Shown here one piece after another: positions 50,407 through 58,790 of a DNA stretch of 64,000 nt. The translations under genes and the position numbers were made by a program. The DNA is from Verrucomicrobiales bacterium (GTDB taxonomy: Bacteria > Verrucomicrobiota > Verrucomicrobiia > Verrucomicrobiales > DEV007): NCBI GenBank assembly GCA_041395145.1, contig JAWLBD010000002.1, forward strand, positions 39,890 through 103,889, given 5' to 3'. Below the pieces are notes generated by a model, which was given only the letters and a program-made list of their open reading frames with translations, was not told the DNA's origin and made no database searches. Within the stretch, counting starts at the first letter, position 1, and each line of letters starts with the position of its first letter.

Positions 50407-51414
50407 TCACCGGAAATGGCGAGGTTTTTTTCCGAGAATTTCGGGTCCTCTTCCTGCCAATCGCTTCTGGATCGCGCCGAGGATCGAGAAATTCCCCGAA
50501 TCCTGCCCCAGCTCCCAGACCATGACGCCGGCGAGCTGGCGGTCGAAGGCGAGGTCCACCTTGGCGGCGGCGGTCAATCGGCTGTTGAAGGCGTAGCCGC
50601 GGATCTCGTCGGCGGTCGGGTCAAATCCCTCGCTGGCGGCGAGGTCCTTGTAAGCCGCCGCCTCGCCCTTGGCGTTGCGGCCGTAGAACGGGATGCCCAA
50701 CGCGATTTTCTCAGGCGGGCAGCCCCAGCCGATCACGCGGCCGAGGTCGGCCTTCGATTTCTCCAGCGTCGCCTGCGGGAAGCCGTGGTCGTAGGACATG
50801 AGGTGGACGCGGTCGATGCCCGCATACGCCGCTTTGCCGAGGTCCTGCCACGGCGCTTGGGCGACGGTGACCAGCAGCCCGCGCGGGCCAAACCGGTCCC
50901 GCGCGGCGAGCAGCAGCTCGGCGTAAGACCGCATCTCCGCCTCGCCCTCCGGATGCTCCCAATCAAAGTCGATCCCGTCGAAGCCGCCGCTTTCGCAGAG
51001 CGAGGCGAGCGCCTCGACGAATCGGGAGCGCGCCGCCGGGTCGGCGGCGATGGCGGGGAAATGCGCGGACCGCCCCCAGCCGCCGGCGGTGACGAGGACC
51101 CGGCAGCCGACCGCCTTTTTGATCGCGCGCAGCTTTTCCAGCGCGGCGGCGGGGATCGGGTCTTCGGGCAAAGTGCCGTCCTCCGGCGGTTCGATGCCGA
51201 AGTAGATCAAATCGGTCAGACCGGCGAGCCGGGCGGCATCCACAGAATCGATCCGATAGCTGGGCAGGTAACCGGCGAGAACTTTTGCCGGAGCCTTCTG
51301 GGCGTTCGCGGCGGCATCGGCATCGGCATTGGCCGCATCGGTAGGATCGGCAGCATGGGCGGCGGACGTCATGAGCGAAAATGCGGCGGCGATGAGCGAG
51401 GCGGGGATTCTCAT
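50407..51414 (-). CDS. Glycoside hydrolase family 18 (chitinase-like) secreted protein
   Basis: 335 aa with a signal peptide. The GH18 catalytic motif DGIDFDWEHP sits in the context SGGFDGIDFDWEHPEGEAE, with a (beta/alpha)8-like layout. Confidence 0.85.
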   Translation of the reverse strand: MRIPASLIAAAFSLMTSAAHAADPTDAANADADAAANAQKAPAKVLAGYLPSYRIDSVDAARLAGLTDLIYFGIEPPEDGTLPEDPIPAAALEKLRAIKKAVGCRVLVTAGGWGRSAHFPAIAADPAARSRFVEALASLCESGGFDGIDFDWEHPEGEAEMRSYAELLLAARDRFGPRGLLVTVAQAPWQDLGKAAYAGIDRVHLMSYDHGFPQATLEKSKADLGRVIGWGCPPEKIALGIPFYGRNAKGEAAAYKDLAASEGFDPTADEIRGYAFNSRLTAAAKVDLAFDRQLAGVMVWELGQDSGNFSILGAIQKRLAGRGPEILGKKPRHFR

Positions 51415-51427
51415 GGTCGTCAGGATT

Positions 51428-51479
51428 TAATCCGCCCGCAGGATGCCCGCAGGATCGCTAAGCATGGCGCTTTGGGCGG
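51428..51479. repeat. Imperfect 52-bp direct repeat, copy A (relic copy of the 3' end of the FtsX gene)
   Basis: On the minus strand it reads ...AQSAMLSDPAGILRAD-TAA, against ...AQSAAGRDPAGILRAD-TAG at the true gene end (52273-52325). Shared strings are TCCGCCCGCAGGATGCCCGCAGGATCGC and GGCGCTTTGGGCGG. It lies 13 bp upstream of the GH18 ATG. Confidence 0.8.
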
Positions 51480-51547
51480 CGCGGCGGTCAGATCGCGGGA
51501 ACAAGAAGCCTATGTAGAAAAAGAATGCATCCAAAAGGACTCAGGCT

Positions 51548-52184
51548 CTACTCGGGGATGATCGTGATGCTCACAGCAGAGATTTCGAGCTGTCTCGAAC
51601 CCTTTTGATAGCGGATCGCCACCTGATAGATTCCAGGTCGGGTGACATGTTTTGAGATATCGATCTCAATTGGATTCGGTTTTTCCGCGTCCCAGACCCC
51701 GACTTCAAGATCTCGATTGGAATTGGGACACGTTAACACGATGTTGCCTTTACTGTTCGTTGAGCGATGGCTGCCATGGATATGTATCAGCGCCTTTGCG
51801 CCGGTTGTCTGAACATCGATCGCATAAACGTTGTTAGTAGCTTTTTATTCCGGCGACTCCATGCTGGACAAGCTCATAAACTCTCGGCTTTGCGGATTCC
51901 TCGGCGACCGAAGCCTCAAGGCGTTCGATCTCTCGCTGAATCGCATTGGCATCATCAAGCTTCTCCGCTCTAAGCGCCTCCTTCTTTTGGTTTTCTAATA
52001 CCGCTATTACCTCACGCGTCTTCGTCCGAATTTTATCCTTTGCGTCTTCGAGCGTATCGGTCTTAAAAGACTCGAGCTTTTGAACCAGTGATTCAACGGA
52101 GGATGGCAAATCCCCCGCTAATACGGAGTTTGCCATTAGCGCAATTAGGCACAAGGAAACAGAAAATTGCGATTTTAGATCCAT
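51548..52184 (-). CDS. Secreted coiled-coil hypothetical protein in a lower-GC insert; frameshift at an A5 run near 51836
   Basis: ORF 51834..52184 (signal MDLKSQFSVSLCLIALMANSVLA plus a coiled coil) and ORF 51548..51739 join into one reading frame (...HGVAGIKATNNVYAIDVQTTGAKALIHIHGSHRSTNSKGNIVLTCPNSNRDLEV...) if one A is removed from GGAATAAAAAGC. Confidence 0.55.
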
Positions 52185-52272
52185 TTCACTTTAGTGCCAT
52201 AAAGTGATCCGCGTGGCAAGTAGTTAAATCGCCAGTTCGCTTGCCAAGCGGCTCCAAGTCCTCTCTTGCGAT

Positions 52273-52325
52273 CTAGTCCGCCCGCAGGATGCCCGCAGGA
52301 TCGCGGCCGGCGGCGCTTTGGGCGG
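52273..52325. repeat. Imperfect 52-bp direct repeat, copy B (the functional 3' end of the FtsX gene)
   Basis: See copy A. The two copies start 845 bp apart and bracket the lower-GC segment. Confidence 0.8.
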
Positions 52326-53535
52326 GCAGCCACGCGGCCATCGCGGCGAGGATGGGCGCGGCGGCGAGGATCGTGAGCCATTCGTTGCCCCGGACCGCCG
52401 ATGCCGCATCGGGCGCGGCGATGCCGAGGCGGGGCAGGGCGAACGCGATGCCGGCGGCGAGCCATCCGCCGAGAAGCCCGGCGACGACCGCCCTTGCCAA
52501 AAATGCGCCGAGGATGCCGCGCGACTTGACGCCGAGCGCGCGCAGGATCCCGATCTCGGGCAGCCGGTCGCGCACGTTTCCGAACGCGAGAAGCCCGATC
52601 CACGCCATGCTGGCGAGCGCCGCCGCCGGCAGCAGCGCGGCGGCCAGGTTCTCGCGCTCGCCCTTCAGCGCCGCCCGGTCGGCGCGCGCTTTGGCCAGCC
52701 TTTCCTGCCCGAGGATTTTCGCGGCGTTACGCGCCTCCGCCCGCGCCAGCGCCGTGCTCTCGGTCTCGATGATCTGGGTGTCAGGCAGGATCTGGTGGAG
52801 TTCGGCGCGGATTTCGCCGAGCCGGTCCACGGTCGCGCAGTTGCATTCGAGGGCGAGGATCGCGTTGATCTCGCCGGGCAGAGCGAGCATTTCCTGGCAT
52901 TCGCCGAGGTTGATCCACGCGGTAATGTCGTCGCGCGACCCGCGCGGCGCATAGATCTCCGCGATCTCGAATTCGCGCCCGTTCAGCGCGACCGATTCGC
53001 CTTTCGCCAAGCCGGCCCCGATCTCCGCGCCGAGCACGACTTTGCCCGGCGCGACCGGGTCGAGCAGCGGCTGCTTCGGCTTGCCGTGGAGGAACGGGAC
53101 CTCGCCGCGCACCCCCATCAGCACGATGGTCCGCTGCTTTTCCTCCCAGGTGACTTTGCGCGTCAGGCTGGGCAGCAGGTGGTTGACGGTCACGATCTTG
53201 CTCTGGGCGAGGCGCGTCACATAGTCTTCCGGCATCGTCTTGGAGGCGAAGCCCTCGGCATAGACCTCGCCCAGATCCTGGTCCTGCGGGTAGATGTAGA
53301 TGTTGAAGCCGAGCCCCTTCATCGATTTCCGCATGTCATCCTCGTGCGCCGCCATCGCCGCTTTCGTCTCGCCTTCGATCCCGGCGGCGATCCGCTCGGT
53401 CTCCGCATCGTGTTCGCGCAGCGCGGCGAGCGACAAGGCGAAGGCGAGCACCGCGAAGGCAGCCCCGCACGCGGAGAGCGCGAAGTTGAGCTTCCGGTGC
53501 CGGATCTCGCGGAGGATGAGGCGGGGCAGCGTCAT
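52273..53535 (-). CDS. FtsX-like ABC transporter permease (MacB/LolE-type, 4 TM with a periplasmic domain)
   Basis: ORF 52273..53640; the likely start is MTLPRLILREIRHRKLNFALSACGAAFAVLAFAL (53535). The C-terminal FtsX block EIGILRALGVKSRGILGAFLARAVVAGLLGGWLAAGIAF is present. No ABC ATPase gene is adjacent. Confidence 0.85.
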   Translation of the reverse strand: MTLPRLILREIRHRKLNFALSACGAAFAVLAFALSLAALREHDAETERIAAGIEGETKAAMAAHEDDMRKSMKGLGFNIYIYPQDQDLGEVYAEGFASKTMPEDYVTRLAQSKIVTVNHLLPSLTRKVTWEEKQRTIVLMGVRGEVPFLHGKPKQPLLDPVAPGKVVLGAEIGAGLAKGESVALNGREFEIAEIYAPRGSRDDITAWINLGECQEMLALPGEINAILALECNCATVDRLGEIRAELHQILPDTQIIETESTALARAEARNAAKILGQERLAKARADRAALKGERENLAAALLPAAALASMAWIGLLAFGNVRDRLPEIGILRALGVKSRGILGAFLARAVVAGLLGGWLAAGIAFALPRLGIAAPDAASAVRGNEWLTILAAAPILAAMAAWLPAQSAAGRDPAGILRAD

Positions 53536-53675
53536 GGGCGGGAATCTTGGGCAGGATTGGCGCGTTGGAAAGCGGAGGCTGACCGGCGGGAGCCGCGCCC
53601 GCGCCATGGAAATCCATTTGCCCCGCCGCGCTGCCCCCAATAACAGATAGCCGTTTTTCGACCATCGGACGAACC

Positions 53676-55126
53676 ATGCCCAATTACCTAGTCACCATCG
53701 GACTCGAGGTCCACGTGCAGATCAAGACGCACAGCAAGATGTTCTGCGGCTGCCGCACCGAATACGGCGCGCCGCCCAACACGCTGACCTGCCCGGTCTG
53801 CCTCGGGCTGCCCGGCGCGCTCCCCGTCCTCAACAAAGGGGCCATCGAGCGCACCATCCTGACCGGCATGATGCTCGGCTGCCGCACGCCCGAAATCTCA
53901 AAGTGGGACCGCAAGAACTACTTCTACGCGGACATGCCGAAGAACTACCAGATCTCGCAGTTCGACCTGCCGCTCTGCATCGGCGGCGGCGTCCCGCTCT
54001 ACGACCATTGCTATCCGAAGGACGCCCAGAAGGACATCGCCCACCCGGGCAAGACCGTCGCGTTGACCCGCATCCACCTCGAAGAAGACGTCGCCAAGAG
54101 CACCCACCACGGCACGACCTCGACCATCGACTTCAACCGCGCCGGCACGCCGCTCATGGAGATCGTCAGCGAGCCGGACATCGATTCGCCAGAGGAGGCC
54201 GCCGCCTACCTCGTCAGCCTCCGCCAGATCCTAAATTACGGCGACATCTCGGACGCCGACATGGAAAAGGGTCAGATGCGCTGCGACGTCAACATCTCGG
54301 TCCGCCCCGAGGGCCAGCAGGAACTCGGTGCCAAGGTCGAGCTCAAAAACCTCAACTCGGTCTCCGCCGTCCGCCGCGCCAGCGCCTATGAAATCGACCG
54401 CCAGATCGGGCTACACCTAGCGGGCGAGGCGGACAAGATCGTGCAATCGACCCGCCGCTGGGACGACGACCTGGGCGAGACGCAGGAGATGCGCACGAAG
54501 GAAGACGCCCACGACTACCGGTATTTTCCCGATCCCGATCTCCTCCCGGTGCGCACCGCCGAATTGGTCGAAAAAGTCCGCCCCCTGGTGCCGGAGCTGC
54601 CGCACCAGAAGGCGGCGCGCTGTGCAGGACTTCGGCGTGACCGACTACGACGCTAGCGTGCTCTCCAGCAGCCTGCCGCTGGTCAGTTACTTCGAGGAAG
54701 CCGCCGGGGATCGAAGGCGCCGAAAAAGGTCGCCAACTGGGTGATCAACAACCTGCTCCAGCGCGCTCAAGGACGCCGGCAAGGCGGTCGAGGAATCGCT
54801 CCCGTCGGCCGGCATCCGCGAACTCGTCAATCTGATCGAATCCGTAAGGTCAACAGCAACCAGGCGAAGGAAGTCTTCGCCGACATCTTCGAGTCCGGTA
54901 GGGAGCCACCGAGGTCGCCAAAGAAAGAGGCTTCGAGCCGCAAGACGCCGTGCGAGATCGAAGGCTTCTGCGACCAGGTCATCGCCGCCAACGCCGAGAT
55001 CGTCGAGCAGATCAAGGCGGCAACGACAAGGCGATCAACTTCCTCAAAGTACCGGTCATGAAGCTAAGCAAAGGCAAAGCCAACCCCCAGATGGTCGAAA
55101 TCCTCGCCAAAAAAATCCTCGGCTAG
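53676..55126 (+). CDS. gatB: Asp-tRNA(Asn)/Glu-tRNA(Gln) amidotransferase subunit B, reading frame broken at least five times after 54615
   Basis: MPNYLVTIGLEVHVQIKTHSKMFCGCRTEYGAPPNTLTCPVCLGLPGALPVLN... is canonical GatB and is intact to about 54615. After that, recognisable GatB/YqeY-tail segments (QDFGVTDYDASVLSS; KVANWVINNLL; KVNSNQAKEVFADIFESG; EIEGFCDQVIAANAEIVEQIK; GGNDKAINFLKVPVMKLSKGKANPQMVEILAKKILG) alternate between frames. Stop at 55124-55126. Confidence 0.9.
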
Positions 55127-55235
55127 CGCAGCCCTGCCGAAGGGGTTGCGGACGTCCGCGCCGCATCAGCCATGGAGCCACGGAGCAAATCCAGGCTACT
55201 TCGGCAAGGCGATGCCAAGCCCTCGGGATCGCTGC

Positions 55236-55540
55236 GCGTCCTTCAGGACGCGGGAATGGGTGAGCATGGTGATCCCAAGACGATGCCCAGGGCTGGTATG
55301 CCGTCGCCCCGTTGGGGCTGAGGAAGATGCGTTCTGAAGGAACGCCGCATAAACTCGGGGTCGGGCGGACGTTACGACCCGATGCGGCGTCCCTTCAGGA
55401 CGCGGGAATAGGCGGGTTGGTGATCCCAGGGAGACGATGCCCAGGGCTGGTATTGCCGCCGCCCCGTTGGGGCTGAAGAAGATGCGTTCTGACTGAACGC
55501 CGCATAAACCAGGGGCGGGCGGACGATTCGACCAGATGCG
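55236..55540. repeat. Tandem repeat, 2 units (151 and 154 bp), each built of REP-like hairpins
   Basis: Unit 1 is 55236-55386 and unit 2 is 55387-55540, roughly 85% identical by eye. Each contains GCGTCC-TTCA-GGACGC, GCCCC-GTT-GGGGC and GCGTTC-TGAAG-GAACGC hairpins. Confidence 0.85.
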
Positions 55541-55748
55541 GGCAGCCTGCGCCGATTTTGAAACCCAAGGAACGATTCGCAATGAAGGTGAAGGCGATGC
55601 CGCAAGCCCAAGACGGCAAGAGTGCCGTCTCTACAGAATGCTGCCGGAGCCAAGGCGATACATGCCTTCCGCTCGGATCAGGAAATCAGCGATCAGCGGC
55701 TTTGAAGCCTCCCGCCCGATTTGAACCGCTGACGAACGCCAAGCTGAA

Positions 55749-56081
55749 TTAGACTGATTGCCAAAGAGATTTGCGCCTATTTTGATACCCGCCATGGCTG
55801 GCAAGCTACGGGGTGCCGCGCAATCCGGGCGTCGCGGATCAATCTCCTCCTGGGAGGGGTCGGGGGTGGGTCAGCGCGCAGCGAACGACCTCTGCGGGAT
55901 CACCCGCCAATCGTCGACCCTAATGCAAGGCGTTGACATCAAGGACTATACACCTCATCTGCCCACTAAATCCTCTCCAAGGAGGGGGCTTTCGGCGCGA
56001 CGCTCAGCCTCATCTGAGCCAGTGCAAAACTTCGCATGTTGGGCTGCCGATTCCCGCAATCGTTTTTGGCAATGAGTCTAA
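55749..56081. mobile_element. MITE-like element (333 bp) of the TTAGACTGA-TIR family, with a divergent interior
   Basis: Left end TTAGACTGATTGCCAAAGAG (55749-55768); right end GTTTTTGGCAATGAGTCTAA (56062-56081) is its inverted complement. No long ORF. Confidence 0.65.
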
Positions 56082-56177
56082 TCCATCCCACACCGCAGGA
56101 ATTTTCCTACCCCCATTTTCCTGCCAAAAAGAAACCTACCATCACCGCCGCCCCCCCAAAGCTACCGATAGACCAGT

Positions 56178-56763
56178 TCATGCCCGCAGATCCGGTTCGG
56201 GCACAGCCAGCCGGATTTGCGCTTGAACACACTTTTTCTCCACCTTCTTCATCTTCGACCCACACTGGTGGCAGGTCGGGATCCAGTAGTTTCCCTCCGT
56301 CGCGATCGCGAACAATGCCCGGGTCGTCCGATCGTCCGGCGCGCTGCGGAGCAGTTCGAGCAAATTCGCCCCGTCGAGCAATTCGACATCGGTGGCGTTC
56401 CGCATCGCGTGCCGCAGCCCCGGCGCAAAATAGCCCGGCGTGATGAAAACGCCCCGATCAAAGCCCGAGCGCCGCATCAGATGCCGCAAATCTTCGATAT
56501 CGCCCAGATCCGAGCTCTCCCCGGCACCATGCGGTGGCAGCGGATCAGCAGCACCGGTGCCTCGATCCCCGCCGATAAACCAAAATCGGCGGGTCCCCCC
56601 AGCTCCCCCAAATCCGCCAGCTCCGCCCGGAAATTCAGGCGCCATTCCACAATCGCCGCCACCAATTCCTCCAGTCGCCGCCGATTCCAGGCGCTGGATC
56701 AATTCCCACGTCCATTGCGGATCGGTCGTTTTTACAGGGTTCTGGATCTTGGGTCGCGATCAT
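56178..56763 (-). pseudogene. Mrr-like (restriction endonuclease, Mrr_cat) protein with a C-terminal zinc ribbon, multiply frameshifted
   Basis: Fragments lie in three minus-strand frames: MIATQDPEP... (ORF 56635..56817), ...IVEWRLNFRAELADLGELGGPADFGLSAGIEAPVLLIRCH (ORF 56477..56665), and ESSDLGDIEDLRHLMRRSGFDRGVFITPGYFAPGLRHAMRNATDVELLDGANLLELL...PTCHQCGSKMKKVEKK (ORF 56178..56702). The last block matches the Mrr_cat C-terminal pattern. An AT-rich upstream region spans 56770-56900. Confidence 0.55.
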
Positions 56764-56943
56764 GGCAGTTTCATCAAGTTTGTCAAAAATACAATAATCA
56801 TAAATACTGAATTTCAAGCGATTGTTTGGAAATTTTAATATTTATGAAATTCTGGAGTCACTGGGTTCGCAAGACCCGATGATGGAGGGCGTCGGATCAC
56901 CCTGCCGGGAGCGATTCTTCACGTCGCCGCCGAATCTCTGGGC

Positions 56944-57339
56944 TTAGACTGAATGCCAAAAAGATTGCGCCTATCGCAGAAAGCCCGACCGGCGGGATAA
57001 TGCGATTCGAAGGAATCCGCCGCGTAGCGGCGCCGACTGTAGCCCGGCCCTTCAGGGCCGGGTCCCATCCCGGCACCGTGCCGCCCCGTCGCGTCGCGAC
57101 GATTGACCCGGGCGCTGGCGATCGCGCAGAACCCGGCGTTCAACCGACGCTACGCGGCGGGATGGCTCCCGCTCGCATCACCCAGCCTTGAAAGGCTGGG
57201 CTACAAATCAACCGCCGCTACGCGGCGAGACGCAAGCCCGGCCTTGCGCAATCGAGTTGGCCGATCGCTCAAACCTATCACGCAGGCGCCGGGTTTCGGG
57301 CCGCCATTTTCCCGCACGGCTTTTTGGCAATCATTCTAA
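56944..57339. mobile_element. MITE-like element (396 bp), full-length homologue of 12131-12535 in the opposite orientation
   Basis: Left end TTAGACTGAATGCCAAAAAG (56944-56963); right end CTTTTTGGCAATCATTCTAA (57320-57339). The interior shares the ordered modules GGAATCCGCCGCGTAGCGGCG, CCCGGCCCTTCAGGGCCGGG, GTCGCGTCGCGACGATTGA, TTCAACCG(A/C)CGCTACGCGGCGG, CACCCAGCCTTGAAAGGCTGGGCTACA and ATCAACCGCCGCTACGCGGCGAG with the 12.1-12.5 kb copy. Confidence 0.75.
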
Positions 57340-57616
57340 TCAAATTTCAATGAATCGAGAAACCGCCGCCAAAGTGGCTTAGCGCGATGCGGAAAACCGA
57401 TCTCGTGCGTTTCGCCATCGATCTCCACGCGGCGGTCCTCTTGAAGTCCCACCGTCTGCCCATTTGAAAACATCGCGGGGCGTCGAGCCATCGTCCGGTC
57501 CCTCTTGATAAAAAGTTGTCGGACCCGAGATGAGCTGGAGCTGGGACACGTTGATCGCCCGAAGAAGCGGGGCAGTTGCGCCGTTGATCGGCTCAGCTGC
57601 AAGGAAAGTACGTCAT

Positions 57617-58693
57617 CTAGGAGATTCGTAGGCGATGTCGCGAGCCGGCGATCGGTAAATGGGGCAGGAAAGCGATAGGCTGGCGCTTGACCAATCGCGC
57701 AGCACCCGAACCTTTAGACTGCGGATCTCGTCGATGTGCCTGTCCCGAACTGCCCAGATATCCGACCCAACAGTCGCGCGAATCTCGGCTCAGGTGGTCG
57801 CCAAACATGGACTTCCAGTCGGCGATCAACTCGGTCCCGTCGGTGAATGAAGCGGTCACCTCGGTCAGCATCACCCCTTCGGTTGAGTGAAGGTATTGCA
57901 TGGTAAACTCCGTGATCGATTGGTCGCGAGCCAAATGGAAAGGATACTCTCGTATTATCTGAACCTCGAAGTCTGATTTTTCGTGCGCAATCTTATGACC
58001 CTTAATCGCCATCACCCCCGATGGAAGCGGCTCGGTAAACGTGACCGAATAAGCCTCGGGCTTCCCAGTATAAATCGGCACCAGCAGCCGGAGGGCGGGC
58101 GCGTGCCAGCATTTGATCGCCGACGGGGCAAACGCATCGTCTAGCGCCCCGCTTTCCGGCAGCGCCTCGCGCCCGCTTAGCCGCACATGCGTCTGCGCGT
58201 CGAAGACGAGCGGCCTTGCGATGGCGATCTCGTCGGGATCCTCGTTGACCGCGATCTTCAGGGCGACGCCCAGCATCGGCCAGCCGTAGGTCTTTGCGGT
58301 TCCCGGCTCGATCCCCATCGCGCCCAGTTGGGCGGGCGATAGCGGCGCGAGATCGGGGGAAAAATACTGGTAGGGTGCAGACTCGGCACCGCCCACCGGA
58401 ACGGCGACGGCGATGGCGAGGACCTTGCCCGCACGCCCATCGGGCAGCGTGAAGGCACCGGATTCGTCCGGGGCGATCATCTCGCGGTAGCCGGGCGAGC
58501 CGGGCGGCACCGCCGCCGGGTGGAACGCTGCGTTCCACTCGTCCTCCGCCCACGCCCGGACCTCGGTCGGTGAAATGACCACGTCTGCCGCAAATGGTCG
58601 CGAACGCTCCCACAGCACGATCGCGCCGACGCCCGCGAGCAGCGCGGCGGCGATGCCGGAGAGCATCAAGATCGGCTTGCGGGCGAACATCAT
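57617..58693 (-). CDS. Membrane-anchored hypothetical protein (358 aa); the C-terminal 60 aa or so are of doubtful authenticity
   Basis: N-terminal TM MMFARKPILMLSGIAAALLAGVGAIVLW, then coding-like composition. The tail (...GQAHRRDPQSKGSGAARLVKRQPIAFLPHLPIAGSRHRLRIS) looks non-native. Confidence 0.55.
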   Translation of the reverse strand: MMFARKPILMLSGIAAALLAGVGAIVLWERSRPFAADVVISPTEVRAWAEDEWNAAFHPAAVPPGSPGYREMIAPDESGAFTLPDGRAGKVLAIAVAVPVGGAESAPYQYFSPDLAPLSPAQLGAMGIEPGTAKTYGWPMLGVALKIAVNEDPDEIAIARPLVFDAQTHVRLSGREALPESGALDDAFAPSAIKCWHAPALRLLVPIYTGKPEAYSVTFTEPLPSGVMAIKGHKIAHEKSDFEVQIIREYPFHLARDQSITEFTMQYLHSTEGVMLTEVTASFTDGTELIADWKSMFGDHLSRDSRDCWVGYLGSSGQAHRRDPQSKGSGAARLVKRQPIAFLPHLPIAGSRHRLRIS

Positions 58694-58790
58694 GCCGGAG
58701 CATGCGCGGCGCGCGGAATCGAGTCAAGGTTCGGAGTCCGCCGCCAAATCTGCGGTCGAATCCGCGAAAACCCGCGTATCGGTCAGGAGC

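Noticed and set aside
51428-52325. Interpretation as a prophage or integrative element.
   Set aside because: There is no integrase, excisionase, phage or conjugation gene, and the insert is only about 0.85 kb. It is reported instead as a remnant or insertion scar with direct repeats.
57714-57733. An extra TTTAGACTG 9-mer inside the 3' end of ORF 57617..58693 that could be a solo MITE terminus truncating the gene.
   Set aside because: Only 9 nt match the TIR, and a chance occurrence is plausible in 128 kb of two-strand sequence. The sequence between it and 57339 does not resemble the element interior.
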